Below, piece after piece: positions 23,201-32,886 of a stretch of 64,000 bases of DNA. The DNA lies in IMG/VR virus record IMGVR_UViG_3300009180_000022, one strand, 5' to 3'. Position 1 is the first letter of the stretch. Every line of letters begins with the position of its first letter. The notes beneath the pieces are model-generated. The model worked only from the letters and a program-made list of their open reading frames with translations, was not told the origin of the DNA and made no database searches. The translations under genes were made by a program, and so were the position numbers. Source of the stretch: a virus.

Positions 23201-23754
23201 TTATTTTACCAGAACACCTAGGCGGGCATGAGGATGAGACACATTTGGATGACGGCGCACTTAATTACCTTATTGAAAATTTTGACATTAAGTCTATGGT
23301 TGATATTGGGTGTGGTCCTGGCGGGATGGTTGATCTCGCTAAACGAAAGGGTCTCGACGTTATTGGACTTGATGGAGATTTTGTTGTTGAACGTCCCGAG
23401 TCAGTACGGGACTTAATTAAGATTCACGACTTTGCCGAGAGTTCATATGACCTAGGTAAACAATACGATCTTGCATGGACGGTTGAGTTTGTTGAGCATG
23501 TAGATGCAAAATACATGGATAACTTCATTGATGTTATGAAGCAATGTAGGTATGTTTTGATGACACATGCGTTCCCTGGTCAGCCTGGCCATCACCACGT
23601 CAATTGCCAGCATGCATCTTACTGGTTACGCGAGATGGGTGCCCGCGGATTCAAATATGATCCTAAGGCATTGAGAGGGATTAGAGCTGCATCTACTATG
23701 AGTGCCCGTTATATTAGATCACAAAGCCTATTCTTCGTAAATGGAAGCATTTGA
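23197..23754 (+). CDS. SAM-dependent methyltransferase
   Basis: MVDIGCGPG, IGLDG, YDLAWTVEFVEH, GQPGHHHVNCQ. Confidence 0.8.
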   Translation: MIILPEHLGGHEDETHLDDGALNYLIENFDIKSMVDIGCGPGGMVDLAKRKGLDVIGLDGDFVVERPESVRDLIKIHDFAESSYDLGKQYDLAWTVEFVEHVDAKYMDNFIDVMKQCRYVLMTHAFPGQPGHHHVNCQHASYWLREMGARGFKYDPKALRGIRAASTMSARYIRSQSLFFVNGSI

Positions 23755-24325
23755 AGCATATAAAACGTATGTCGCAATCAAAAATCACTTCTCTTCTAAG
23801 ACGTATGACTTCTTTAAGTACGGCGGTAGAACGAAAGCTTCTCGAGCAACTTTTGAGAAAAGGTCTGATCGATACTTCTTTCATAAACTCTCTAAAAGAA
23901 AAGAAGTGGTTAACTACCTGGTTGCCAATTTCGCATACAATGACAGTTCCACCTGGGTGGGGGACTTTGTCAACAACGAACAATCAGATCGATACTACCT
24001 CAGGATGGTCAAGATCAGAGAGTCCTTGTCCTATATCTTCAGTCAAGATCTCGATAAACTCGAAACCTGCTTCGACAGTAATTTTCAAGTCATCGAAGGA
24101 CAGCACCCGATAATTCTTCGTAAGTATCTACAGAAAGAAATCAATATAGAGACGTTGATTATTCTGGATGATATGGTTTCATTCATGAAGAAATGGAACA
24201 GGAGAATCCAGGATCCAGTAGTATGGCCTCAAGTGTATCTTAAGTGTAAGAAGTACAGACCGTTCTTCGAATATGATAAAGAAAAACTTAAGAAAGTAGT
24301 ACTTGATAAATTTAGCGAAAGCTAA
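23741..24325 (+). CDS. 59: helicase loader gp59
   Basis: YVAIKNHF...YDFFKYGG, KRSDRYFFHKL, GQHPIIL, IETLIILD. Confidence 0.9.
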   Translation: MEAFEAYKTYVAIKNHFSSKTYDFFKYGGRTKASRATFEKRSDRYFFHKLSKRKEVVNYLVANFAYNDSSTWVGDFVNNEQSDRYYLRMVKIRESLSYIFSQDLDKLETCFDSNFQVIEGQHPIILRKYLQKEINIETLIILDDMVSFMKKWNRRIQDPVVWPQVYLKCKKYRPFFEYDKEKLKKVVLDKFSES

Positions 24326-24330
24326 GATAA

Positions 24331-24338
24331 TATAAATA
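24331..24338 (+). promoter_or_regulatory. T4-type late promoter box
   Basis: TATAAATA upstream of gene 32. Confidence 0.55.
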
Positions 24339-24402
24339 TCTTATATCATGATAATGTGAATAAGACGCATACATTTAATACATCGCATACAAGGAGCATA
24401 TA

Positions 24403-25305
24403 ATGCAAGATTTTTCTGCACTCAAAAAGTCACGTCAATCCAACTTTGACAAGCTGACACAAGAAGTTACTAAACTAAACACCCCCCAGAACTCATCAGA
24501 AGACAATCGCTTTTGGCGCCCAGAGGTAGACAAGGCTGGTAATGGTTATGCGATCATCCGCTTTCTTCCTGCGCCTACTGGTGAAGACATTCCATTCGTT
24601 CGTGTTTGGGATCATGGCTTCCAAGGCCCGGGTGGATGGTACATCGAGAAGTCTCTTACTACCCTAGGCCAAAAGGATCCAGTGTCTGAGTACAATACAC
24701 AGCTATGGAACAACGGCACCGAGGCTGGTAAAGAACAAGTACGTAAACAAAAGCGCCGTCTGACTTATATCAGCAACGTTTATGTTGTTACTGATTCTGC
24801 TAACCCTCAAAACGAAGGTAAGGTATTTCTGTACAAATACGGTAAGAAGATCTGGGACAAGCTTAACTTGGCTATGAACCCAGAGTTCCAAGACGAGTCA
24901 GCAATCAATCCATTCGATCTTTGGGAAGGTGCCAACTTCAAGATCAAGATCCGTAATGTTGAAGGCTATCGTAACTACGATAAGTCAGAGTTCGATCGTG
25001 TTGGTCCATTGTTTGGAGATGACGATAAGTTAGAACAAGTATGGAAGCAGGAGCATAAGCTTGCTGAGTTCATCGATGCATCTAACTTCAAGTCGTATGA
25101 TGAACTGAAGACCAAGTTATACCGTGCACTTGGACTAGCCGGTAACGTCAATCCTACCTCACGTGCCGAAGAAAAGCTTCAGCCATGGGAGGATGCTCCA
25201 CCTGCTGCAACTGCAAAGCCTGCACGTGAAGCATTTGCACCTAAGATTGAAGAAGAGGATGATGACTCTATGGAGTTCTTTAAGAAGCTAGCTGCTGAAG
25301 ATTAA
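24403..25305 (+). CDS. 32: single-stranded DNA-binding protein gp32
   Basis: DKAGNGYAIIRFLP, HGFQGPGGWYIE, FDLWEGANFK, acidic tail EFFKKLAAED. Confidence 0.95.
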   Translation: MQDFSALKKSRQSNFDKLTQEVTKLNTPQNSSEDNRFWRPEVDKAGNGYAIIRFLPAPTGEDIPFVRVWDHGFQGPGGWYIEKSLTTLGQKDPVSEYNTQLWNNGTEAGKEQVRKQKRRLTYISNVYVVTDSANPQNEGKVFLYKYGKKIWDKLNLAMNPEFQDESAINPFDLWEGANFKIKIRNVEGYRNYDKSEFDRVGPLFGDDDKLEQVWKQEHKLAEFIDASNFKSYDELKTKLYRALGLAGNVNPTSRAEEKLQPWEDAPPAATAKPAREAFAPKIEEEDDDSMEFFKKLAAED

Positions 25306-27344
25306 GCAGCTGTCATATGACGGGTGTCTTGAATTAAAGACCCTCTATTAGCAATGGGACTCGGAATTGGCGAATATGCTGTCTGAGTCCCTCCTCCCAT
25401 CCCACTTGTCTTATTTGTACTAACAGATGCTACTTGGGTAGTAGGCTGTGATAGTGTTTTTACACTCTGTGATGCACTAGCAATGGCACTACCGGTAGTA
25501 GGTGTAGGGGCTACAGGAGCTGCTGCTAATGCGGTACCTGGCGCTGGCGATGGTGTACCGTTTAGTAACGCAGCATATTTTTCTGCAGCAGCGCCTACCT
25601 TACCATACAGAATATTAATAATTTCACCTATAGTATTAGGCGAACCATCTTTTTTAAAGAAGATGTTCTTGTTAGCAGCTGCAGGACCAGGCATTAACGT
25701 TGATCCTAATGTGTTAGGATCAGCAGAAAGAAGTATTCTTGCGCCTCCAGGCCCTAGGAAGTGGGCTGCGTAAATATTAGTACCATTTATTGGTATGTTA
25801 TTCTTCTTTAGATACTGACTGTTTTCTTTAATAAACAAAGCCCCAGCAATAGCACTTGCAAGAGCATCCATTGGGCCCGCGGCAAGTTCAGGATATACTT
25901 TACCGTACTTTTCAACCATGCCATCCCAGGTTTTGTTAATAAACTGGTAAAGGCCTTTTGCCGAGGATGTGCCAGCCTTTGCATCAGGATTAAATCCGCT
26001 TTCTTGCTTAGCCATTGCAAGCATTATAGATTCCTCAACACCTACCTTTTTAGATGCTGTACGGATTACATCACCAATTTTTTCATCAGGTAGTTTTACC
26101 CCAATATTACCTTTGCTTGCCTTGGCTCCAGTAGAATTTGACATCACGTTTGCCCTACCGTCAGTTCTTACAGCCTTTTCATAGGCTGCGAACGCTGACA
26201 TATCTGCCTTCTCTACAGTCGGCGCCACTCTAGGTGCATTGTAATCACCTGCAGCTGGTGCTGCAGTCGGCGCCACTCTAGGTGCATTGTAATCACCTGC
26301 AGCACCAGCTGCAGTCGGTGCCACTCTAGGTGCATTGTAATCACCTGCAGCTGGTGGTGGAGGTGGAGTAGATGGGGCCGCGGCGGGAGGTGTTGTTGGG
26401 GTTTGAGTAGCTGCTGTTGCTGGCTTTGACACGGGTTCTGCAGCTGTAGAGCCCTCAGGCTTACCTGTATCTCCGGTGACTTCATCACCCTCCTTATCCT
26501 TGCCCCTGGCAATCATGTACCCTGCAGCTCCTACGGCTGCCACCGCACCTACTGCTAGTAATTTCTTACCTCCCTTACCACCCATCAACCTAAAAATCTT
26601 TACTGTAGTTGTTATAGCATCTGCAATACTGTTTAGGAGCTTTGCTCCAAATACTACAGCTATAACCCCAGCAGCTATCTTTAAAGCAGTACTAAGACCT
26701 TTTAATCCGCTTTCTTCGTTCTTACCTACCGCATCTTCCAGGCCGGTTGCAAAACCACCTAGAAATGACTTTATTTTATCCTGTATATCTTTAGGTAAAA
26801 TAGTATATACTATGCCGGCAAGTGCAGCAACAACAGCAGGGTTAGTAAATAGGGATTTTAGCAGACCAAAAACCCCTTCTTGCTTTTCGCTTTCTTGAAC
26901 TCCTGGAGTTCCTCTTCCTGTAGCAGCGGGCGATGGTTTTACTGCTGATGCGGCTTCCATCTGGTACGCCTCAGCTAGCGCTGGCTCTGTCATTGACCCT
27001 AATGATCTGTTGACACTTGCAAGCGACTTGGCTAGTGACACCATTGAATTAACTATCGAAAGGGTAGGCTTATCCACTACCTCCGATCCACCGGATGCAC
27101 GAAACTCATCAGTAAACACAAAATCATCTAAAACATCAACTCTTTCCTTAAGAGTTGCAACTCGTACTGAGTTACGAACTATAATACCTGTAATTAGATC
27201 TAACTTTTTTAGTACTGCGTTTACTGTAGAATCAATAGATTCAGTTTTATTAATCTCCTGGGTTTGAATAACTTTTATATCAGACAGGCTGCTAGTTATT
27301 TCGCGCAGTTGCTTCTTTGAAGATCTAGTTGTTCTTTTTGCCAT
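25302..27344 (-). CDS. tail/baseplate hub or tape-measure-like protein with lytic transglycosylase domain
   Basis: AMAKQESGFNPDAKAGTSSAKGLYQF, YAAHFLGPGGA SLT motifs; hydrophobic helices; Pro/Ala linker. Confidence 0.75.
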   Translation of the reverse strand: MAKRTTRSSKKQLREITSSLSDIKVIQTQEINKTESIDSTVNAVLKKLDLITGIIVRNSVRVATLKERVDVLDDFVFTDEFRASGGSEVVDKPTLSIVNSMVSLAKSLASVNRSLGSMTEPALAEAYQMEAASAVKPSPAATGRGTPGVQESEKQEGVFGLLKSLFTNPAVVAALAGIVYTILPKDIQDKIKSFLGGFATGLEDAVGKNEESGLKGLSTALKIAAGVIAVVFGAKLLNSIADAITTTVKIFRLMGGKGGKKLLAVGAVAAVGAAGYMIARGKDKEGDEVTGDTGKPEGSTAAEPVSKPATAATQTPTTPPAAAPSTPPPPPAAGDYNAPRVAPTAAGAAGDYNAPRVAPTAAPAAGDYNAPRVAPTVEKADMSAFAAYEKAVRTDGRANVMSNSTGAKASKGNIGVKLPDEKIGDVIRTASKKVGVEESIMLAMAKQESGFNPDAKAGTSSAKGLYQFINKTWDGMVEKYGKVYPELAAGPMDALASAIAGALFIKENSQYLKKNNIPINGTNIYAAHFLGPGGARILLSADPNTLGSTLMPGPAAANKNIFFKKDGSPNTIGEIINILYGKVGAAAEKYAALLNGTPSPAPGTALAAAPVAPTPTTGSAIASASQSVKTLSQPTTQVASVSTNKTSGMGGGTQTAYSPIPSPIANRGSLIQDTRHMTAA
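26217..26352. repeat. 48-nt tandem repeat x3 (GDYNAPRVAPT-containing unit)
   Basis: AGTCGG(C/T)GCCACTCTAGGTGCATTGTAATCACCTGCAGC at 26217, 26265, 26313. Confidence 0.9.
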
Positions 27345-27345
27345 T

Positions 27346-28863
27346 CTATGCGCCTACGGTTACTGAGTAAGTTGAACCTGACGGTGATGTGGTTGTCTTT
27401 TTAACCGTATTGACTACTCTATTGTTATTAATATTTAACACCACCAGCCCTTGATTTATTTGAGAATCACGCTCCATCCTATCTACATTTGCCGATTGCT
27501 GTATTACTTGTTGAGATTTGTCGTTAGGTAACTCATTTGATAGTAACGATGTCTTACTAGGGACACCTTTAGCAGGCTGACTAGATGGTCGTTCGGTATC
27601 AACTATTAAACTTCCAGGTGCCTCGGTAGCTGCCGCTGATGGTCTTTTAGTATCTACTATTAAACTTCCTGGTGCCTCTGTCGCCGGTGCACCACTATTT
27701 ACTCTTCTTGGATTAGTAGATGCCAAACTAGATCTTGCAGGTCCGCGGCCTTGCACAGTCGCACCGGTTATTGGTGTGATAGGTGCTGGTGCTACTGCGC
27801 CGGTACTAGCCGGTAACGGCTTAACTTCAGCTTTAAGTTCTTCTTCTTCAGCATCGCTAAAGAATACGTCGTAAATATCAGAACCTATGCTGTAGAGATC
27901 ATACAGCACGAGTCCTACGCCAATGGCCGCACCCAGGAAAGGAATTGCCTTAAGTATGTTGATTGCCATACCTTTTAGTTTAGGTATTACTTTTTCAGAA
28001 AGGGCAAGTAATTTCGCTTTATTTCTACTAATCCAATTTTTACCCTTACCTGCTTGACTAGCTTTTTTTATTTCATCCTTAGTTTTTTTAATCTCATCTT
28101 TAGCAACTTCTGCACCCTTTTTAACCCCATCCTTTTCTTTTTGTATCTTATCTTTTTCTTTATTGAGATCGGTATCTTTTTTCTTTACTTCTTTTTCTCT
28201 TGTTGCAACCTCGTCACTTTTATCCCTTGTAGCTTCACCTGCCAGGCCAAGAGCGGTTGCAAGTTGCTTGAGCTTTTCAAACACCTCTATTACTGGTGAT
28301 AGGGCCGACATCGTCCATGATACCGCAAGAACACCCAGCAATGCTGCTAATACTGGTTTTATTAAAGCAATTTGTGTTTCACCTAATCCTATGCCTTTTA
28401 AGAAGTTGTCAAAAAATCCTTTAACTATTTCTAGTATTTGAGGGTTGTTAAGTATTAGAGGAATAGCCATTGCCAGTGCAATTGCATCTATACCTATTTT
28501 TGATATTGATTTTGTTACCTCTTTGGATGACCCTGCAATAGATGGTTTTTCTTCAAGTTGAGCTTCTTCTAATGCATAAGCGCTACCTCCACTCTCAATC
28601 AACGAGCTTATCTTCGTTAATTTATCTGCAGCAGGCATGCCGTCTGTGATGGCAACTGAGCGCACTTGTTTAATAATACTCTGTAGTACGTTAAGCCTCT
28701 TTACTATACCTTTGATGTTAGAGGCAAAGAGGGCAGCTTCTTTAGCTGCAAGCTGTGATGACTGAGTTAATGAATCAGCCTGCTCTTTGCTAAAAGACAT
28801 CACCAGCCCGGATTGACTGGCAGCGTTCTTTGCACCTTCAATGGCTGATTCTTTTTCGTTCAT
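27346..28863 (-). CDS. tape-measure/hub-like helical protein
   Basis: coiled-coil and amphipathic helices (KAIPFLGAAIGVGL), position after gp51; 54-nt duplication ATEAPGSLIVDT. Confidence 0.55.
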   Translation of the reverse strand: MNEKESAIEGAKNAASQSGLVMSFSKEQADSLTQSSQLAAKEAALFASNIKGIVKRLNVLQSIIKQVRSVAITDGMPAADKLTKISSLIESGGSAYALEEAQLEEKPSIAGSSKEVTKSISKIGIDAIALAMAIPLILNNPQILEIVKGFFDNFLKGIGLGETQIALIKPVLAALLGVLAVSWTMSALSPVIEVFEKLKQLATALGLAGEATRDKSDEVATREKEVKKKDTDLNKEKDKIQKEKDGVKKGAEVAKDEIKKTKDEIKKASQAGKGKNWISRNKAKLLALSEKVIPKLKGMAINILKAIPFLGAAIGVGLVLYDLYSIGSDIYDVFFSDAEEEELKAEVKPLPASTGAVAPAPITPITGATVQGRGPARSSLASTNPRRVNSGAPATEAPGSLIVDTKRPSAAATEAPGSLIVDTERPSSQPAKGVPSKTSLLSNELPNDKSQQVIQQSANVDRMERDSQINQGLVVLNINNNRVVNTVKKTTTSPSGSTYSVTVGA

Positions 28864-29003
28864 TTTTTAGCTTTTAATCTCTCTTGTTCTTTTTCTAAGT
28901 AATCCCTTAACATATCAACGTAAATGTCCCTCTCATAAGGTACCATATTTTCAATTTCAGTAATTGACCATTTGTGGTGCTGAGCTAAACTGAAGTTTAG
29001 CAT
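28860..29003 (-). CDS. 51: baseplate hub assembly protein gp51 (frame open back to 29042)
   Basis: LANYYMLNFSLAQHHKWSITEIENMVPYERDIYVDML; not in ORF track. Confidence 0.85.
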   Translation of the reverse strand: MLNFSLAQHHKWSITEIENMVPYERDIYVDMLRDYLEKEQERLKAKK

Positions 29004-29029
29004 GTAATAATTCGCTAGCGTGTTATGAC

Positions 29030-29740
29030 TCAGCCCAACGTAAAAAAATCGTTTAATGAGGTAAGAGGAATTACTTTCTCATTACCCAGACTATTCTTGT
29101 ACTTTACTTCGTAATATAGTTTAGGCATTGTAGCGAAGAAGTCCTGTATCTTCTTGAATGCTTTTGTATCCAGTGATTGCACAAACTCATCTACCTCCTG
29201 AGGTGTACTATCGGCTAATTTAAACACTGTATCCTTATCGTATACACTATCGATACTCGCCTTCAGCACCTCAAAGAAGGCATCCATCTCACCTTCAACG
29301 AACTTAAGAGAATTCGTTAAATCAGCACGAGGATACTTCATTACTAATCCGTAACCATTACCAATATCAAACTTGTTTGAGTGGGCCGGGTCTTCTTTTA
29401 TTTCAACCTGATCAAGATCAATATCGACTTTATACTTAAGATCATCTTCAAGATCTCGGTACGTAAGGTTAATAATGTTGTTTACTGACTTAGCTCTAAT
29501 TTTGATAAAGAGGTACTCTAAATCAAACGTGGTAAGATCTTCAACGCTTACCTTCTCAGTAATAATACAGTTATTAATTACTTGCTTAACAGCATTAATA
29601 ATGTCAGCCGCCTAACCACTCGACTGAGATGTAAGTAAGATCTTTTCTTCCTTGACTAGGAACGGACGATACTTTATAATCTCTCTTGTAGAGGGTAAGG
29701 TTAGCTCAAATATAGAATATCCAATTTTCGGTAAAGCCAT
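29030..29740 (-). CDS. 26: baseplate hub subunit gp26, interrupted by in-frame TAG at 29612-29614
   Basis: MALPKI...YRPFLVKEEKILL...SSG*AAD...TFDLEYLFIKIRAKSV...MKYP...FFATMPKL; SD AGGAG. Confidence 0.85.
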
Positions 29741-29749
29741 AATAACTCC

Positions 29750-30628
29750 TTAAAATAAACCACGTAAACCACCAATAGCGAGCTTGCTATTGTTAACAAC
29801 GTTGATGACGTCACCAATGCTGTTTGGTTTTCTAATATTGCTCAATACTTGCAGTGCCGATGTTGCACTCATTAACTTCTGAAGCACGCTGGCGGATCCA
29901 GGTACTACTTTATCTCCAAGATCAATCACCTCCCTCTTCCAATACTGATATGTAAACCCAACTGGTATTTTTACAAATGAATCAGTTTCGGCCCAGCTTA
30001 GAGGTATATCACCTAAAAATATAGGATAGGCATTGACCAATGTAACAATAGTAACAGTATTACCTGTCTCGTCTAATGCAGTAATCGTTATATTGGTCTG
30101 ATATTCTTCTTTATAGTTAACTTCAAATGCGTTAGACTCAGTCGGGGATTTTGCAAAAACTACAATTTTATTCAACCATGCATAAAAGAATCTATGCACG
30201 TTATAATTACCATCACCGAAGAATGAAATGTTAACATCAACGAATGTAGCACCATACGGCTTCTTTTCATTTGGTCCAAACCCGTACCTTTTTATCTGTG
30301 TTGTATCAAGTAACACACCTGGTATCGATGTTGACTCGGCTAGGAATGGTATGTTTTTTACTGTAGAGTGATTTGATCCCTCAGCACCCATCATAGCACG
30401 AGGCGCTGGAATATCCACATAAAAGTGACTCGAGCGCGCTGGCCCATTCATTCCATTGATAGTAGACAGAACCTGGTTCAGGCTTTTTTTATTTGTACCA
30501 GACGCCTTTGTACCATTAAGAAAGGTGTCAAGATTTTTCTTTATTGAATCCGGTAAGAAGTCCTTCAATGCATTAACTGCACCTACTGCATTCTGACCTT
30601 TTGCAATAAATTCACCTATATTAGCCAT
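29750..30628 (-). CDS. 54: baseplate tail-tube initiator gp54 / tube-like protein
   Basis: ARSSHFYV, AESTSIPG, NAYPIFLGDIPLSW, VGFTYQYW; synteny. Confidence 0.75.
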   Translation of the reverse strand: MANIGEFIAKGQNAVGAVNALKDFLPDSIKKNLDTFLNGTKASGTNKKSLNQVLSTINGMNGPARSSHFYVDIPAPRAMMGAEGSNHSTVKNIPFLAESTSIPGVLLDTTQIKRYGFGPNEKKPYGATFVDVNISFFGDGNYNVHRFFYAWLNKIVVFAKSPTESNAFEVNYKEEYQTNITITALDETGNTVTIVTLVNAYPIFLGDIPLSWAETDSFVKIPVGFTYQYWKREVIDLGDKVVPGSASVLQKLMSATSALQVLSNIRKPNSIGDVINVVNNSKLAIGGLRGLF

Positions 30629-31230
30629 TACTTGCCTTTTGTTATTATTCTTCTTGAGTCTTTATAAACCACTGCTGTTGTAGCACCCTTAAATTTCTGT
30701 AGAGGCAAGAACAAAGCAAAATCCCATTCTTTAGGATCTATGTAGATTAATCTTGAGTCTAATTGACTATTTAGATAGCGCTTAATACATGGTTGAAAGT
30801 ACTTGAACTTAGCTGCACCACTCAGTATACTGTAGTTTAATTTAAGTCTAGTAGTCTCATCCATCTTATCATTGTTTAGGGTATCATACAATGCATCCAT
30901 TAGCCTTGCCCTATAAATTGGAGGTAGGTAATGCATATTGATACCAAGGAAACCATCCTCAACTTTCTTAAAGGGAAATATTAGAGGGTACCTGTCGTAG
31001 TAAGGTAAAGTATCTTTATGCTTAGCATCATAGGCAAATAAAAACATCTGACCTACAACAGCCTTAGATTTTCTAGCTGCAGTATTACTATTTTGTAGGA
31101 CTTTTTTAGTATCAACATTACGCATAGAGGAAGCTTTATCCCGTAGCCAATCCCTTGCCTCTACGCTACTTAGATCGGATTGCCCAGAATCCATTGCTTT
31201 TTGAAGCATGTTACCAAATAAAGTGCTCAT
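30628..31230 (-). CDS. 2: DNA end protector protein gp2
   Basis: YDAKHKDTLPYYDRYPL, FLGINMHYLP, PCIKRYL. Confidence 0.9.
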   Translation of the reverse strand: MSTLFGNMLQKAMDSGQSDLSSVEARDWLRDKASSMRNVDTKKVLQNSNTAARKSKAVVGQMFLFAYDAKHKDTLPYYDRYPLIFPFKKVEDGFLGINMHYLPPIYRARLMDALYDTLNNDKMDETTRLKLNYSILSGAAKFKYFQPCIKRYLNSQLDSRLIYIDPKEWDFALFLPLQKFKGATTAVVYKDSRRIITKGK

Positions 31231-31667
31231 TTAATCCCTAATTCTTTCTCTGTCATAACCATAAAACGCCATTTTCTATCTTTACAGTACTCTGTTGCGG
31301 CCTTCCATTTCGCCTCGTTTATACCGTATGTTAGTACTTCCCTCAAATATTTTCTATTATTTTTATTAGTCTTTATAGTTGGAGGAACAGACTGGCTCAG
31401 AGGTTTAACTTCTATAACTACCGTCTCTGTTACATTATCGGGTAATAATTTCTTAACCTTAAAGTCAGGATAATAGCGATGAATTTTATTATCTACTGGA
31501 GAACGATATGGAATGCAAAACTCCTCACTAGACCACTCCAGCACCTCTGGGTGACTATCTAAATACGACATGAGTTTAAGCTCCCAAGAGCTTCTGTAGA
31601 TTATCTTAGTTGGATCTCCAACGTACTTGGAAATATTCTTTGGTTTAAAATAACCTTTATAACTCAT
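31227..31667 (-). CDS. 4: head completion nuclease gp4
   Basis: YKGYFKPKN..KYVGD...YRSSWE, WSSEE, HRYYPDF, IEVKP, NEAKWKAA. Confidence 0.92.
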   Translation of the reverse strand: MSYKGYFKPKNISKYVGDPTKIIYRSSWELKLMSYLDSHPEVLEWSSEEFCIPYRSPVDNKIHRYYPDFKVKKLLPDNVTETVVIEVKPLSQSVPPTIKTNKNNRKYLREVLTYGINEAKWKAATEYCKDRKWRFMVMTEKELGIK

Positions 31668-31688
31668 ATTAGTAGTGTATGACACCCC

Positions 31689-31696
31689 TATAAATA
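31689..31696 (+). promoter_or_regulatory. T4-type late promoter box
   Basis: TATAAATA upstream of the rightward baseplate operon. Confidence 0.65.
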
Positions 31697-31724
31697 TACG
31701 ATAACAACAATAACAGGATAACCC

Positions 31725-32861
31725 ATGGCAACTGGCTTTGATCCACAATCATTAGTGCAGAACTCAACACTTGCTCAGCAAGCTAAATCAATATTTAGCG
31801 GCGCAGGACAGACCTTTGATAAATTAACAAACGCGGTAGGTGGTGCAGTCAGTGGGCTTGCATCGAGTCTAGGTCAGGCAGGTCTGCCTTCTGCAAGCGC
31901 CCTGCTAACAAGTATTTCCCAACTTAGCGCTTCTACACCCATATCAAAATTTACGGACTCATTAAGCAATACAACACGCATTGATGACCTAACACCACAA
32001 GAATCAAAGCCAGATCCTAGCCAGCAAGGCTCACTTCAATTCCCATCTGATATTACTGATAAGTTTATTAGGTTTACATTTGCATCCTATTACCAACCTG
32101 GTCCGTTATTTAAACGAGAGATAATTCCATCAAGATCTATTATTCTACCTATACCTGCAGATCTAATAGAAAAACACGGTGTGCAATATTCCGAAAAGCA
32201 ACTTGGCGTATTAGGTGTATTGCAAGAATCTGGTATGCTTGGTAGCGCGGCAGCAGGCCTTCAAAATCTTACAACAGAATCTGCTGGAAAGGCGGGTGAG
32301 GCTTTAGGTAGACTAGCTGGAGATGCTGGTAATGCTGCAGCAATTGCAAGAAACGTAATCGGGGCTATTTCTGATTCTGCTGGAAACGCATTTGATAGGG
32401 CGACCGGAACGATTCTTAATCCGTACAACGCGCTTCAATTCACTGGTATCGAGTTAAGAAATCATTCATTTAAATATAAATTCTCACCTAACAACGCTAC
32501 CGAATCACAAACACTCAAAAATATAATTAAGGAGTTTAAGCTAAGAATGCTACCTGAAAAGGTAGGGTTGCTTTTTAATTTTCCTGATGTATGTACTATT
32601 GAATTTTCTGATAGGGAAAATGCTCTATATTATTTTAAGAATTGCTATCTTAAAAGTATAAGTGTTAATTATGCACCTTCAGGTAATCCGGCATTCTTTA
32701 TTGGAGGAAAAAATCCAGTTGAAGTTGAAATATCATTAGAGTTTGGTGAAATTGAACCGGTTACACGTAATGATATTATAAAGGGTGACTTTACGGGTAG
32801 TCTTGGCTCGGCCATATCTTCCGATAGACAAACTTCTCAACAGGCCGATTCAGCTGTCTAA
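31725..32861 (+). CDS. 48: baseplate tail-tube cap gp48
   Basis: IILPIP, NPYNALQFTGIELRNHSFKYKFSPNN..ES, CYLKSISVNYAP, LEFGEIE. Confidence 0.85.
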   Translation: MATGFDPQSLVQNSTLAQQAKSIFSGAGQTFDKLTNAVGGAVSGLASSLGQAGLPSASALLTSISQLSASTPISKFTDSLSNTTRIDDLTPQESKPDPSQQGSLQFPSDITDKFIRFTFASYYQPGPLFKREIIPSRSIILPIPADLIEKHGVQYSEKQLGVLGVLQESGMLGSAAAGLQNLTTESAGKAGEALGRLAGDAGNAAAIARNVIGAISDSAGNAFDRATGTILNPYNALQFTGIELRNHSFKYKFSPNNATESQTLKNIIKEFKLRMLPEKVGLLFNFPDVCTIEFSDRENALYYFKNCYLKSISVNYAPSGNPAFFIGGKNPVEVEISLEFGEIEPVTRNDIIKGDFTGSLGSAISSDRQTSQQADSAV

Positions 32862-32886
32862 GCTAAACGAATAATAGGAATGGTCA

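Noticed and set aside
26217-26352. 48-nt tandem repeat as a mini-CRISPR or regulatory array
   Set aside because: In frame (16 codons) inside a Pro/Ala linker of a coding gene, with no unique spacers.
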